Shown one piece after another: positions 1 through 8,411 of a DNA stretch of 64,000 bases. The notes below the pieces were generated by a model, which saw only the letters and a program-made list of their open reading frames with translations, ran no database searches and was not told the DNA's origin. Each line of letters starts with the position of its first letter. The stretch's first letter is position 1. Source of the stretch: Thermoanaerobaculaceae bacterium (GTDB taxonomy: Bacteria > Acidobacteriota > Thermoanaerobaculia > Multivoradales > UBA5704); the NCBI GenBank assembly GCA_963712665.1, contig CAVQIV010000026.1, forward strand, positions 257,045 to 321,044. The letters are read 5' to 3'. The translations under genes were made by a program, and so were the position numbers.

Positions 1-1349
1 GCGGAGTGATCCGGATGGAGGACCTCGACGCTCCCCGGCCGCGTTCGATCGCCTATACCGGCTTTCAGGGCTTGTCGAGCGACCGCATCCTGTGCGTGAC
101 GGAAGACCGCCGGGGCTTCATCTATCTCGGCCACGGCCGGGGTATCGACCAGCTCGATCCCCAGACCGGCCGCATCCGCACCCTGACCGCGGCAGACGGA
201 CTGCCTTCGAGAGTCGTCAACGTGGCGTTTCGCGCCCATGACGGCAGCCTCTGGTTCGGAACCCCCTCGGGGCCGTCGCGCTACCTGCCGGAAGTCCCCC
301 GCGTCGAGGCGCCGCCGCCCATCTTCCTGAGCGCCGTGCGGATCGGCGGAGTGCCCACGCCGCTGCCGCCGCTCGGCCTGCACGACTTCGCGGGTCTTAC
401 GCTGCCGGCCGAACGCAATCAGGTGGAAGCTCGCTTCATCGGCATCAGCTTCGCGTACGGCGCCGGCCTGCGGTACCAATATAAACAGGCAGGCTCGGCG
501 GCCGGCTGGAGTGAGCCGCGGACGGAGCGCTCCGTGTTGCTGGGCAATCTCGCGCCGGGCAACTATCGCTTTTTGTTCCGCGCGGTGACGCCCGGCAACG
601 TGGTGAGCCCCTCCCCCGCCACGCTCTCGTTCACCCTGTTGCCGCCTTTCTGGCAGCGCTGGTGGTTCGTGCTCCTCGTCGCTTCAGTCGCCGCGGTGAT
701 CGGCTGGTCTCTTCACCGCGTCCAGGTGGCGCGCCTGCTGGAGCTCGAGCGCGTACGCACCCGCATCGCCGCCGATCTGCACGACGACCTGAGCTCGAGT
801 CTGTCGCGGATTTCGATCCTTTCCGAGCTGGGCCGGCACCGGATGGCGGATCCTGAAGCGCAGGAGGCTACGATTCTCGGTCAGATCGGCGAGACCGCGC
901 GTGAGCTCATCGAGGCCACGGGTGACATCGTCTGGGCCATCGACACGCGCCGTGGTGATCTGGAAAGTCTGCTGGCCCGCATCCGGCGTTTCGCGGGGGA
1001 CCTGCTGGAGGCGCGGGGTGTCAGCGTTGTTTTCGCCGCTCCCCCGCGGGCTGCCGAGATCGTGCTGCACCCCGAGATGAAAAGGGAGCTGTATTTGGTG
1101 CTCAAGGAAGCGCTCCACAACGTGGCCAAACACGCCCAGGCCCGAGAGGTATGGATCGAGGTCGTGGCGACGGGCCGCGAGCTCGTGGCCGAAGTGCGAG
1201 ACGACGGCGTCGGGTTTGCGGAGGGCAACGGCCACTCCGGCAACGGCCTGCGCAACCTCCGGGAGCGCGCGGCGAGGATCAGCGGCCGGCTTGCGGTCGA
1301 TTCGGCGCCCGGCCAGGGCACCCGCGTACGATTGAGCCTGCGCCTGTGA
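1..1349 (+). CDS. sensor histidine kinase, 5' end outside window (Y_Y_Y-type sensor C-terminus, TM, HisKA_3-like domain, HATPase)
   Basis: ORF 6..1349 is open to the window edge. TM segment WWFVLLVASVAAVIGW; H-box RIAADLHDDLSS; ATPase motifs HNVAKHA, RDDGVGF, GNGLRNLRERA. A NarL-type regulator follows 20 nt downstream. Confidence 0.85.
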   Translation, partial: GVIRMEDLDAPRPRSIAYTGFQGLSSDRILCVTEDRRGFIYLGHGRGIDQLDPQTGRIRTLTAADGLPSRVVNVAFRAHDGSLWFGTPSGPSRYLPEVPRVEAPPPIFLSAVRIGGVPTPLPPLGLHDFAGLTLPAERNQVEARFIGISFAYGAGLRYQYKQAGSAAGWSEPRTERSVLLGNLAPGNYRFLFRAVTPGNVVSPSPATLSFTLLPPFWQRWWFVLLVASVAAVIGWSLHRVQVARLLELERVRTRIAADLHDDLSSSLSRISILSELGRHRMADPEAQEATILGQIGETARELIEATGDIVWAIDTRRGDLESLLARIRRFAGDLLEARGVSVVFAAPPRAAEIVLHPEMKRELYLVLKEALHNVAKHAQAREVWIEVVATGRELVAEVRDDGVGFAEGNGHSGNGLRNLRERAARISGRLAVDSAPGQGTRVRLSLRL

Positions 1350-1369
1350 GGCGGTAGGATGAAAAGATT

Positions 1370-2017
1370 ATGATCGAGCAAGACCGCATCCGCGTGGTGA
1401 TCGTGGAAGACGACCGGATTGCCCGCGAAGGCCTCCGGATGCTGGTGGACGGCACGCCCGGCTACCGTTGCAACGCCGTCTTCGGCTCGGTCGAACAGGC
1501 GCTGGCCGCCCGGGGAGGCGAGCCGCCCGACGTGGTGCTGCTCGACATCAAGCTGCCGGGAATACCGGGCTCGCAGGGCGTCGGCTCATTGCGCGAGCGG
1601 TGGCCCAAGGCGGCGGTCCTCATGCTCACCGCCTTCACCGACGAAGACAAGGTTTTCGAGTCGCTGTGCAACGGCGCCGTCGGCTATCTCCTCAAATCCA
1701 CCCCGCCTGCGCGGTTGCTCGAAGCGGTGCGCGAAGCGCACCACGGGGGCGCACCCATGTCGCCCGAGATCGCGCGCAAAGTGGTGGAGCTCTTCCGGCG
1801 CAACACACCGCCGGTCGCCCTGGACGACGCGCTCGCGCCGCAGGAAGTCCATCTGCTCCGTCTGCTGGCCGAGGGCTGCAGCTATCAGGTCGCGGGCCAT
1901 CAGCTCGGGATCACCATCAACACGGTGCGCAACTACATCCGCAACGTCTACGAGAAGCTCCAGGTCCACACCAAGTCCGCCGCCGTGAGCAAGGCCATGC
2001 GGGCCGGCCTGCTGTGA
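1370..2017 (+). CDS. NarL/LuxR-family response regulator (REC + HTH)
   Basis: ORF 1370..2017. Receiver motifs VVIVEDD, DVVLLDIKLPG, MLTAF; C-terminal LuxR HTH (LAEGCSYQVAGHQLGITINTVRNYIRNVYEKL). Confidence 0.9.
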   Translation: MIEQDRIRVVIVEDDRIAREGLRMLVDGTPGYRCNAVFGSVEQALAARGGEPPDVVLLDIKLPGIPGSQGVGSLRERWPKAAVLMLTAFTDEDKVFESLCNGAVGYLLKSTPPARLLEAVREAHHGGAPMSPEIARKVVELFRRNTPPVALDDALAPQEVHLLRLLAEGCSYQVAGHQLGITINTVRNYIRNVYEKLQVHTKSAAVSKAMRAGLL

Positions 2018-2046
2018 GCGGCAGGAACAGGATCTGAGAAGTACCG

Positions 2047-2823
2047 TCAGCTTTCACTCGCCTCCAACCTCTGGATGAACTCCGGATCGAGCCCCGCCGC
2101 TTCCCGTCCCTCGCGATGAAAGGTCCGGCCCCGGGCCTTGACCGGGCGCAGGGGCCAGGTGAGGTTGGCCTGGAAGGCGTCCCAGGCGGATTGATCCTCT
2201 CCCTTGAAGACCTGGAGCCAGGTCCAACCGAAGCGGACGTGCTCGATTTCGTCGAGGTGGACGCGATCGATCACCGCCGCCGTCTTCGAGTCCCCTGCCC
2301 GGCGCGCGGCCTCGGCGTATTCCTCGGTGTGATCGAGGTTGGCGTTCTCGAAGGTGAGGGACATGGCACAGAGGAAGCGCAAGGGGGTGGTGATGGTCCC
2401 GACCTTGCCCCAGAAGTAGCCGTTCACCGCATAGTCGCCGAAGCGGGCGCCCGCGTCCTCCACCCGTGCGATGTACATGCGGGTATGGCGCTGCTCGTCC
2501 AGGAGGATGCGCACGAGACCGCGGCGGAATTCCGGCGGAGCCTCAGGAAAGGCGAGCAGGGCCCAGGCGAACAGCTCGGCAGCCTGAAGCTCATGGTTGG
2601 CCAGAGCATGCAGGATACGCCGACGCTGCGCCGGATCGTGCATGCCTTCGAGGGATGGCACCGCGATCCGCGTCCGGAACCGCAGGTTGGATGGCCGGCC
2701 CGGCTCCTCGGCCCGGAAGGGAGGGCCGGGATCGGCGTCCGTCAGCTCGCCGGCAGGAGGCGCGAGCTTGACGTCGAGATTCTCGGCAAGGAGGACGGTG
2801 CGGGCGAAGTCGCGGATCTCCAT
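2047..2823 (-). CDS. ferritin-like domain protein (DUF455-like)
   Basis: ORF 2047..2823. Di-iron-type helices HELQAAELFAWALL ... LLDEQRHTRMY ... LDEIEHVRFG. The family call is from memory of DUF455 motifs. Confidence 0.6.
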   Translation of the reverse strand: MEIRDFARTVLLAENLDVKLAPPAGELTDADPGPPFRAEEPGRPSNLRFRTRIAVPSLEGMHDPAQRRRILHALANHELQAAELFAWALLAFPEAPPEFRRGLVRILLDEQRHTRMYIARVEDAGARFGDYAVNGYFWGKVGTITTPLRFLCAMSLTFENANLDHTEEYAEAARRAGDSKTAAVIDRVHLDEIEHVRFGWTWLQVFKGEDQSAWDAFQANLTWPLRPVKARGRTFHREGREAAGLDPEFIQRLEASES

Positions 2824-2957
2824 CGTCAGGTGAACGTTACCGCACTTATCCTGACTGCACCACGCGAAACGGATGGGCCGCGACGGTGAACCTCTGGCGG
2901 CCCCAACCGTCCATGCTCTACCTCTCTCCCGTGTTCGTCCCCCTGAAGTTAGTTAGA

Positions 2958-3335
2958 GCAGAAAACTTCTGGGAAAGATCTTCTCAGCCTCTGAAAGGCC
3001 TTTTAGCCTCAGAAATACTCAATTCGACCTGAGAAAAGACCTTTTGGATCTGGAAAAGGTCTTTCAATCCAGTAATGCTCCGTTGTCTCGGGCAAAGACC
3101 TTTTGGGCAAGCAAAAGATCTTTCTCTCTCGGGGAAAGACTTTTCAAGATCAGAAAAGGTCTTTTCCCCGAGGCAGAGACTCAATCCTCGGGGAAAAGAC
3201 CTTTCGCCTGGGCGTGGAAGTCATTCCGCAGAGAATAGACCTATTGCCACAGGGGAAATGCCTTTTCCGGGTTCTCGACCGCAAATCCGGTCCCGAAAGG
3301 TCTTTTGGGCCGAGAGAAAGGTCTTTTGACCGCGG
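2958..3335. repeat. array of about 19 short palindromic units (core AAAGRYCTTT, e.g. GAAAAGACCTTTT / GAAAAGGTCTTTT / AAAGGCCTTT) spaced 18-23 bp apart, mean about 20 bp
   Basis: Hand-located cores centred near 2965, 2978, 2999, 3017, 3039, 3058, 3077, 3098, 3118, 3139, 3159, 3180, 3198, 3221, 3239, 3261, 3287, 3301 and 3321. The region is markedly AT-richer than its flanks. All six frames carry only short repetitive ORFs. Confidence 0.85.
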
Positions 3336-3615
3336 CACTCCAAGGGTGCCGTTTCTCAGCTTTCCAGGAGGAGGGCGATCCTCCGAAGGCGGGTATGGCA
3401 TCGAACCGGGGCAACAGCCTAGCCCCAGGGTGCTCCTCGGGCGCTTATACGCCACAGCGCATTGCTTTGACGAGGATTCTGAAGAGGTGTAAGCTCGCTC
3501 TAGCCTCAAGAATTCGAGGAGATTAGCTCGATGTCCGCCGCCAAGTCACGATGCTTTTGGACGAAGGGAAGTGACGATATGGCAGTCGAAAGGGTTTGGT
3601 GCTTAGGCGGCGAAG

Positions 3616-4191
3616 GTGGCGAATAGGTTAGGCGCGATAAGGAGCTGTCTGCCAGTGGATAATCAAGCCGGTCCATCGGACGAGCTTCGGCTGTCAAGGG
3701 AGGAGCGTATAGCCGCCATCGCTGTTCCTTTGACGGCTGCTATCGCTCTTCTTGTAGTAGCCGCAGTGCGCATGCCGCGCTCCGACCTGGGAGATTGGGC
3801 TAGCGCTCTTGGCGATATCGGCACATTTATTGTCTCTCTGCTTGGCGCAGCCGCAGCAGTCTGGTGGTGGAAGCATCGTGGCTCTGCCTCCCCCCGCTTG
3901 AAGGTGACTCAGTCTGTCAACATACTACCTTCCACAGGAAGCTACATTCCGCTGTACATTACTGCACACTTGGAAAATGTCGGTGAAGTGCCTGTCGTTC
4001 TCACGAAGTGGTGCTTGTGGGCTACCGACATGCTCCCTCTTCCGCCTACTATCGATGGCCTTCTGAATGCCGATCCGGATCGGTCATGCCGAGACTATCG
4101 GTTGCCGTGGAAGGCAGCTGCAGGCGCAGAATTTGAGATGCCTGAACAGGAAGCACCACGTGTGCGGCCTGGTGAAACCCAGAGGATATAG
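3616..4191 (+). CDS. hypothetical membrane protein (two predicted TM helices plus a C-terminal soluble domain); may continue to about 4326 through frame breaks
   Basis: ORF 3616..4191 with hydrophobic stretches IAAIAVPLTAAIALLVVAAV and IGTFIVSLLGAAAAVWWW. Protein-like reading continues downstream in other frames (REIYSFFPHDSLAKGGGRGWTSITIIELEKEV, stop near 4326). Low-GC segment. Confidence 0.4.
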   Translation: MANRLGAIRSCLPVDNQAGPSDELRLSREERIAAIAVPLTAAIALLVVAAVRMPRSDLGDWASALGDIGTFIVSLLGAAAAVWWWKHRGSASPRLKVTQSVNILPSTGSYIPLYITAHLENVGEVPVVLTKWCLWATDMLPLPPTIDGLLNADPDRSCRDYRLPWKAAAGAEFEMPEQEAPRVRPGETQRI

Positions 4192-4331
4192 GCGGTACTT
4201 TGCGAGTGCCGGCTGACGCGCGGTTGGTCCAGGGAGATCTACTCCTTTTTCCCACATGACAGCCTTGCCAAGGGTGGTGGCCGTGGCTGGACAAGCATCA
4301 CTATTATAGAACTAGAGAAGGAGGTTTAAGC

Positions 4332-4427
4332 ATGGAGCGAGAACGTGAAGGAGACAGAGATCGTCGTCCATTCGATCAACCCGATCGCTATCCAGATGCA
4401 GATCTTCCCTACGACCTCCCGGGCTGA
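4332..4427 (+). CDS. small ORF (31 aa, MEREREGDRDRRPFDQPDRYPDADLPYDLPG) with a strong Shine-Dalgarno; could extend to 4521 with a +1 shift
   Basis: AAGGAGG lies 7 nt upstream of ATG 4332. Not in the ORF track because it is under 60 aa. No recognisable family. Confidence 0.25.
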   Translation: MEREREGDRDRRPFDQPDRYPDADLPYDLPG

Positions 4428-4728
4428 TCCGGATGTCAAAAAAAGAGACCTTCCTACGATCCTCCGCATCGCGATGAGCCGCCAGAGCGCGGTCGGAGAT
4501 GAATGGGTGATCATCGCCTAACCCGTGGGCCTCAACCGGAGCGCCGCCTCCTGGCCGCTGAGCAGCATCTCAGTCGGTGCCGGCCAGTGAGATACCACGG
4601 AGAATCAGGGCACATTGGAGCTTAAGGCAGGGCGAGCATCCGACGGCTCAACCGCGAGTGGGCCGCAGTGCTTCTCCGGAAAGAGAAAACACAATTCACA
4701 CTAACGGCCACAACTTCGGGAGGGTCCC

Positions 4729-4945
4729 ATGGAACTGAAGACTCCGCAGGCGCAAGACGTCAGGAAACAGCTCGTCTACACTCCGGGTGCGTTGTCCTCC
4801 TTCCGGGACCTGGTCCAGTTCCTCGAGGCCAGCGAGTACATGCTGGCCCAGCTCATGATGCAGAACAAGATCTGGGTCGGAAATCCACCTAAGAATCCCG
4901 GCGGCTCTGGTGAGATCGAGTTCGGTCTGATCCCTTACTGGGTCC
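4729..4945 (+). CDS. probable N-terminal part of the downstream metallophosphoesterase, separated from it by a frame break near 4930-4950
   Basis: ORF 4729..5064 reads protein-like up to ...EIEFGLIPYW. The frame of ORF 5091..6167 is already open and protein-like from about 4914 (IVIADYLDSHEVTKFLWNLLETLLPAQIDSTKYAALIAAVKGQGL) but has no start codon there. Confidence 0.4.
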
Positions 4946-5090
4946 ACAACCCGCCATCGTCATCGCTGATTACCTCGACAGCCATGAGGTCACCAAGTTC
5001 CTTTGGAACCTGCTCGAGACTCTGCTGCCGGCGCAGATCGACTCCACGAAATATGCCGCCCTGATCGCGGCCGTTAAGGGGCAGGGGCTG

Positions 5091-6167
5091 GTGACCGCGG
5101 ACGGCTCGATCTATGGCACGGCTACTTACGAGCAACTCGATCCGGGCTGGATCTGGGGAGCGATCAACTATCTCATTGTCAAGTACGCCGGTGGCCTGGC
5201 GCCTTTCAGCACGACCAGCGTCAGCCCCATTACGCTCACCGGCAGCTCTCCCGATCAGGTGGTCCTCGCCTTGGTCGGCGATTGGGGCACGGGAGTGTAC
5301 CCTGGGGGCGTGGCCACGGACGTCCTCCAGCAGATCACTGATCTGAGCCCGGACTACATCATCCACCTGGGAGACGTCTACTATTCCGGCACGGCCGGCG
5401 ATTTCCTTCCGCTGCACGAGGAGAAGAACAACTTCGTGAATCTCTGGCCGGTGTCGACGCCGTCCTTCACGCTCAACTCGAACCATGAGATGTACGCCGG
5501 CGCCAAGGGTTACTTCGGGGTCGCGCTCGCCAACAGCCGCTTCTCCAAGCAGAAGAAAACCAGCTATTTCGCCCTGCAATACGGCGGCTGGACGCTGCTG
5601 GGCCTGGACAGCGCATACTTTTCGACCTCACCGTTGTACATGCTCGGCTCCATCGGCGGCGCTATGGGAACCCAGGCGAAGTGGATCCAGAAGCTGGGGC
5701 TCTCTGCCCAGAACGTGATCGTGCTCAGCCATCACACCGGATTGACCTTCGACGGGTCCTCGGAGCTGAGCCTGTGGGGAGAGGTCAATGCCGCTCTCGG
5801 GGGCGATCCAGCGGCGTGGTACTGGGGGCATATCCACAACGGGATCGTCTACAAAACTCCAACGGTGACTGGCCGGAAGACCCTGGCCCGCTGCCTCGGG
5901 CATGGCGCCCTCCCCTTCGGCCAGGCTTGGGGTCTCGTCAACGCCCCCTACGTCTCGTACTACGCCAACACCTTGAATCCCAACGGTGGCGGCGTGCGGG
6001 TCTACAACGGCTTCGCCCTCTTGACCATCACCAAGCAGGGAACGGTGACGGAGGCGTTCTATCAGCAGGACACCGCGCAGCCCGTCTACACGAACAGCTA
6101 CAGCCTGCCCTCAAATCGCTCGGCCAAGCCGAGGAGGAGCCCCAGGGCCAGGACACGGAGGGGCTAG
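5091..6167 (+). CDS. calcineurin-like metallophosphoesterase
   Basis: ORF 5091..6167. Motifs GDWGTG, HLGDVYYSG, NSNHEMY, VLSHH, WGHIHNG. The last roughly 14 codons read into a degenerate copy of the 7973-8166 repeat. Confidence 0.8.
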   Translation: MTADGSIYGTATYEQLDPGWIWGAINYLIVKYAGGLAPFSTTSVSPITLTGSSPDQVVLALVGDWGTGVYPGGVATDVLQQITDLSPDYIIHLGDVYYSGTAGDFLPLHEEKNNFVNLWPVSTPSFTLNSNHEMYAGAKGYFGVALANSRFSKQKKTSYFALQYGGWTLLGLDSAYFSTSPLYMLGSIGGAMGTQAKWIQKLGLSAQNVIVLSHHTGLTFDGSSELSLWGEVNAALGGDPAAWYWGHIHNGIVYKTPTVTGRKTLARCLGHGALPFGQAWGLVNAPYVSYYANTLNPNGGGVRVYNGFALLTITKQGTVTEAFYQQDTAQPVYTNSYSLPSNRSAKPRRSPRARTRRG

Positions 6168-6301
6168 CCGGGATGGGGGGAGATGGACGTCTGGGGAACG
6201 TTGTTGCAGAGAGGCAGCAAATCTGGGGTAGAATCGGCGAAATTTCAGAGGAGGCCGTCATGCCCATTGGAAGCTTGTTGCTGCCCGGCGTTGCATCGGC
6301 T
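6128..6301. repeat. copy 1 of a duplicated divergent-promoter module (about 175-195 bp, roughly 85% identical by eye to 7973-8166)
   Basis: Shared strings include GAGGAGCCCCAGGGCCAGGACACGGAGG, GCAGAGAGGCAG, GGGTAGAATCGGCGAAA, AGGAGGCCGTCATGCCC and CTGCCCGGCGT. This copy carries a decayed version (ATG->ACG plus a stop) of the N-terminus of the minus-strand gene seen at 8050. Confidence 0.8.
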
Positions 6302-6817
6302 GTCGCGGTGTTCATCGTGAGTGCCCTCGTCCACATGGTTCTGAGGTATCACCGGGCCGACTTCAAGCGGCTCCCGGACGAGGATTCGGTCGCCGCGGCC
6401 GTGCGCAAGGCCGCCCCGTCTCCCGGCGTCTACTTCATCCCCTACTGCGCCGAGATGTCCCAGATGAAGGATCCCGCCTTTCGCAAGAAGTTCGAGGAGG
6501 GTCCGGTCGTAAGCCTCGTCGTCCGGCGCAACGGTCCGCCGGCCCTCGGCAAGGGCCTGGCGCAGTGGTTCCTGTTCTGCCTCCTGGTGAGCTTCGTCGT
6601 CGCCTATGTGGCGCGCCATACGCTCACCTTCGGAGCTCCTGGCCAGGCGGTGATGCGCCTCACCGGGACCGTCGCCTTCGCTGCCTACGCCTTCGGGTAC
6701 CTTCAGAATTCCATCTGGGAGGGAATCCCCTGGTCCAACGCGCTGCGCGGTCTCATCGACGCCGTGCTGTACGCCCTGACGACCGGGCTCGTGTTCCGCT
6801 GGCTCTGGCCGGCGTGA
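6260..6817 (+). CDS. conserved-looking hypothetical membrane protein (about 185 aa, 4 TM)
   Basis: ATG 6260 is in frame within ORF 5681..6817 and preceded by AGGAGG. Hydrophobic helices at the N-terminus, middle (WFLFCLLVSFVVAYV) and C-terminus. Confidence 0.6.
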   Translation: MPIGSLLLPGVASAVAVFIVSALVHMVLRYHRADFKRLPDEDSVAAAVRKAAPSPGVYFIPYCAEMSQMKDPAFRKKFEEGPVVSLVVRRNGPPALGKGLAQWFLFCLLVSFVVAYVARHTLTFGAPGQAVMRLTGTVAFAAYAFGYLQNSIWEGIPWSNALRGLIDAVLYALTTGLVFRWLWPA

Positions 6818-6848
6818 GGCGCGGCGGGCGGCGGGAATCCGCCAGCCG

Positions 6849-6971
6849 CTACAGTTCGTCGCCGGGCTCGGGAGGAGTATCAGGTACCTTGGCAAGCACG
6901 GCCAGGAACTTCTCCCGGCTCCCGCGTCGGGCTCTTTCCTCGAGGTAATCCACCGTCAGGAGGGCCGCCAT
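6849..6971 (-). CDS. small ORF (40 aa, MAALLTVDYLEERARRGSREKFLAVLAKVPDTPPEPGDEL), possible antitoxin-type fragment
   Basis: Its ATG lies 1 nt after the stop of the 70-aa gene upstream. Its C-terminal ...FLxxLxKVPDxxPExxDEL resembles tails of small TA-associated proteins (from memory). Not in the ORF track because it is under 60 aa. Confidence 0.3.
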   Translation of the reverse strand: MAALLTVDYLEERARRGSREKFLAVLAKVPDTPPEPGDEL

Positions 6972-6972
6972 C

Positions 6973-7185
6973 TCAGCCTCTCTCGGTTCGCCGCTGTTTG
7001 ATCTCGGAGATGAGATCTTCCAAAGTCATTCCGGCATAGATCTCCCTCCGATCCTCCGTATAATTTCCCGTGCCCGAAGTAAACTGGTTGATAAATCGAA
7101 CGGCGTTCGCGACTCCGAGCTCGCGGTACAGGAGGCGGATGGCTTCTTGGTTGATTTCAGCGAGAGGCTTCAATGGGAGTGTCAT
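6973..7185 (-). CDS. 70-aa protein translationally coupled downstream of a PIN toxin (putative cognate antitoxin/partner)
   Basis: ORF 6973..7185. ATGA overlap with the PIN gene stop. Low-GC cassette. Confidence 0.5.
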   Translation of the reverse strand: MTLPLKPLAEINQEAIRLLYRELGVANAVRFINQFTSGTGNYTEDRREIYAGMTLEDLISEIKQRRTERG

Positions 7186-7622
7186 AGTCCTAGCTCCACG
7201 ATTAGCTCCAAAGGAGATACCACCTTAGTTCCCTCAATCATCATGCTCTTGGCCTTGCGAAGGAGCTTGTCATCACAGGTGCAGAAGAAATCGGCTCCTG
7301 CTTCGATGGCTGATGCGAGATGAAGGGCATCCAAGGGTGATATTCCAAGATCTCGCAAATTGCCTGCCCGTTCGAGGACGGCTTCGGTTGCATCGATATA
7401 GCTCGTGGCCTTTGACAGCGCCTCGTAAGCGTGAGTGCTCCGTAGGGGATCTTGTATCCGTTCGATCTCAAACTGCAAGACCTCTGACGCAACCAACGTA
7501 ATCTGACCCTCGCTGCACTCTGTGAGGACTGCCAGGACCGCCTCCGCTTCGAGGTGGATCCGGGCATGCGACTTGATGTCCCAGGGACGCTCAAGGCTGC
7601 AGGTGTCAAGGTAGACCCTCAT
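7182..7622 (-). CDS. PIN-domain ribonuclease (VapC-like toxin)
   Basis: ORF 7182..7622. Acidic PIN residues in MRVYLDTC, SEVLQFEIE, DALHLASA and CTCDD. Confidence 0.85.
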   Translation of the reverse strand: MRVYLDTCSLERPWDIKSHARIHLEAEAVLAVLTECSEGQITLVASEVLQFEIERIQDPLRSTHAYEALSKATSYIDATEAVLERAGNLRDLGISPLDALHLASAIEAGADFFCTCDDKLLRKAKSMMIEGTKVVSPLELIVELGL

Positions 7623-8050
7623 GTCAGCGTGCCCCAGGCAACAGAAATCCTACCACTCCGCTTCGACAGCGAGCAAGTTCTCACCCCTGCCAGCGAGGTG
7701 ATCCCGTCGTCAGGAGGCCGGATCAGCCGCAGCCCTGCGGCGGCCACCAGGTTGAGCAGCACGAAGGCGAGGGCGGCGTTGAAGACGATCAGAGCCAGGG
7801 CAGTGTAGACAGCCCGGAAGCGCTGGAAGAGGCTCGAGAGGGTGGCTCTCTCGCCCGCCGGCGCCCACGGCCCGAGGAAGCTCGGGGCCAGGACCACGGT
7901 CCCCACGATCACCATCAGCCACTGGCGCTCGCCGAACCCTGGCGCGCCGATCCCCAACGCGTCCGCTCCCAGGCCGAGGAGGAGGAGCCCCAGGGCCAGG
8001 ACACGGAGGGTCCAGAGGAGGGGCTTGCCGGGATTGGAGGGGATGGACAT
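7619..8050 (-). CDS. hypothetical membrane protein, probably 3'-truncated by insertion of the PIN cassette
   Basis: ORF 7619..8050. N-terminal TM-rich part (LRVLALGLLLLGL, WLMVIVGTVVLAP, ALALIVFNAALAFVLLNLVAA). The last roughly 30 aa fall in the low-GC cassette and end in an ATGA overlap with the PIN start. Confidence 0.45.
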   Translation of the reverse strand: MSIPSNPGKPLLWTLRVLALGLLLLGLGADALGIGAPGFGERQWLMVIVGTVVLAPSFLGPWAPAGERATLSSLFQRFRAVYTALALIVFNAALAFVLLNLVAAAGLRLIRPPDDGITSLAGVRTCSLSKRSGRISVAWGTLT

Positions 8051-8166
8051 AGGGGAAACGTTATCGCAGAGAGGCAGAAATTTTTAGGGTAGAATCGGCG
8101 AAACTTTGTAGGACAGGAGGCCGTCATGCCCCTTGGAAGCCTGTCGCTGCCCGGCGTCGTTTCGGC
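7973..8166. repeat. copy 2 of the duplicated divergent-promoter module (see 6128-6301)
   Basis: Contains the intact start of gene 7619..8050. It also holds only the first roughly 14 codons (MPLGSLSLPGVVSA) of a paralogue of the 6260 membrane gene. Confidence 0.8.
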
Positions 8167-8192
8167 TGGGTACTTTGGATGGGGAGGTACTC

Positions 8193-8411
8193 TTGACTCG
8201 CATCCTTGAGGCTGTCTACGAAGATGGTGTGCTGAGGCCGCTGGAAGATCCAGGGCTGAAGGAGCACCAGCACGTCCTGCTCGAGATCCGGACCGAGCCA
8301 GAGGAGCATGCCTCATCAGCACTCGAGGCATGGCATCGGGTTTATGAGGGGCTGCCTGAAGACGATATCGCTGAGATCGAGGCCATCGCCCTGGATCGGA
8401 GCCATTTCTGA
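8193..8411 (+). CDS. DUF104/AF2212-like antitoxin family protein
   Basis: TTG 8193 is in frame in ORF 8133..8411 with GGAGG 5 nt upstream. N-terminus ILEAVYEDGVLRPLEDPGLKEHQHVLLEI matches the xxEAVYENGVLKPLE signature (from memory). Confidence 0.55.
   Translation: MTRILEAVYEDGVLRPLEDPGLKEHQHVLLEIRTEPEEHASSALEAWHRVYEGLPEDDIAEIEAIALDRSHF

Noticed and set aside
2958-3335. Possible CRISPR array (regularly spaced short palindromic repeats), also considered for 55940-56268
   Set aside because: Units are only about 20-21 bp in total (10-14-bp core plus 7-10-bp spacer), far below CRISPR repeat and spacer sizes. The spacers are themselves semi-conserved, and no cas genes or leader are present in the window.
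3385-3470. tRNA-like fragment or att site (minus strand contains GGTTCGATGCC, resembling a T-loop)
   Set aside because: The flanking bases cannot form a T-stem (only 2 of 5 pairs). No acceptor, D or anticodon arms could be folded by hand.
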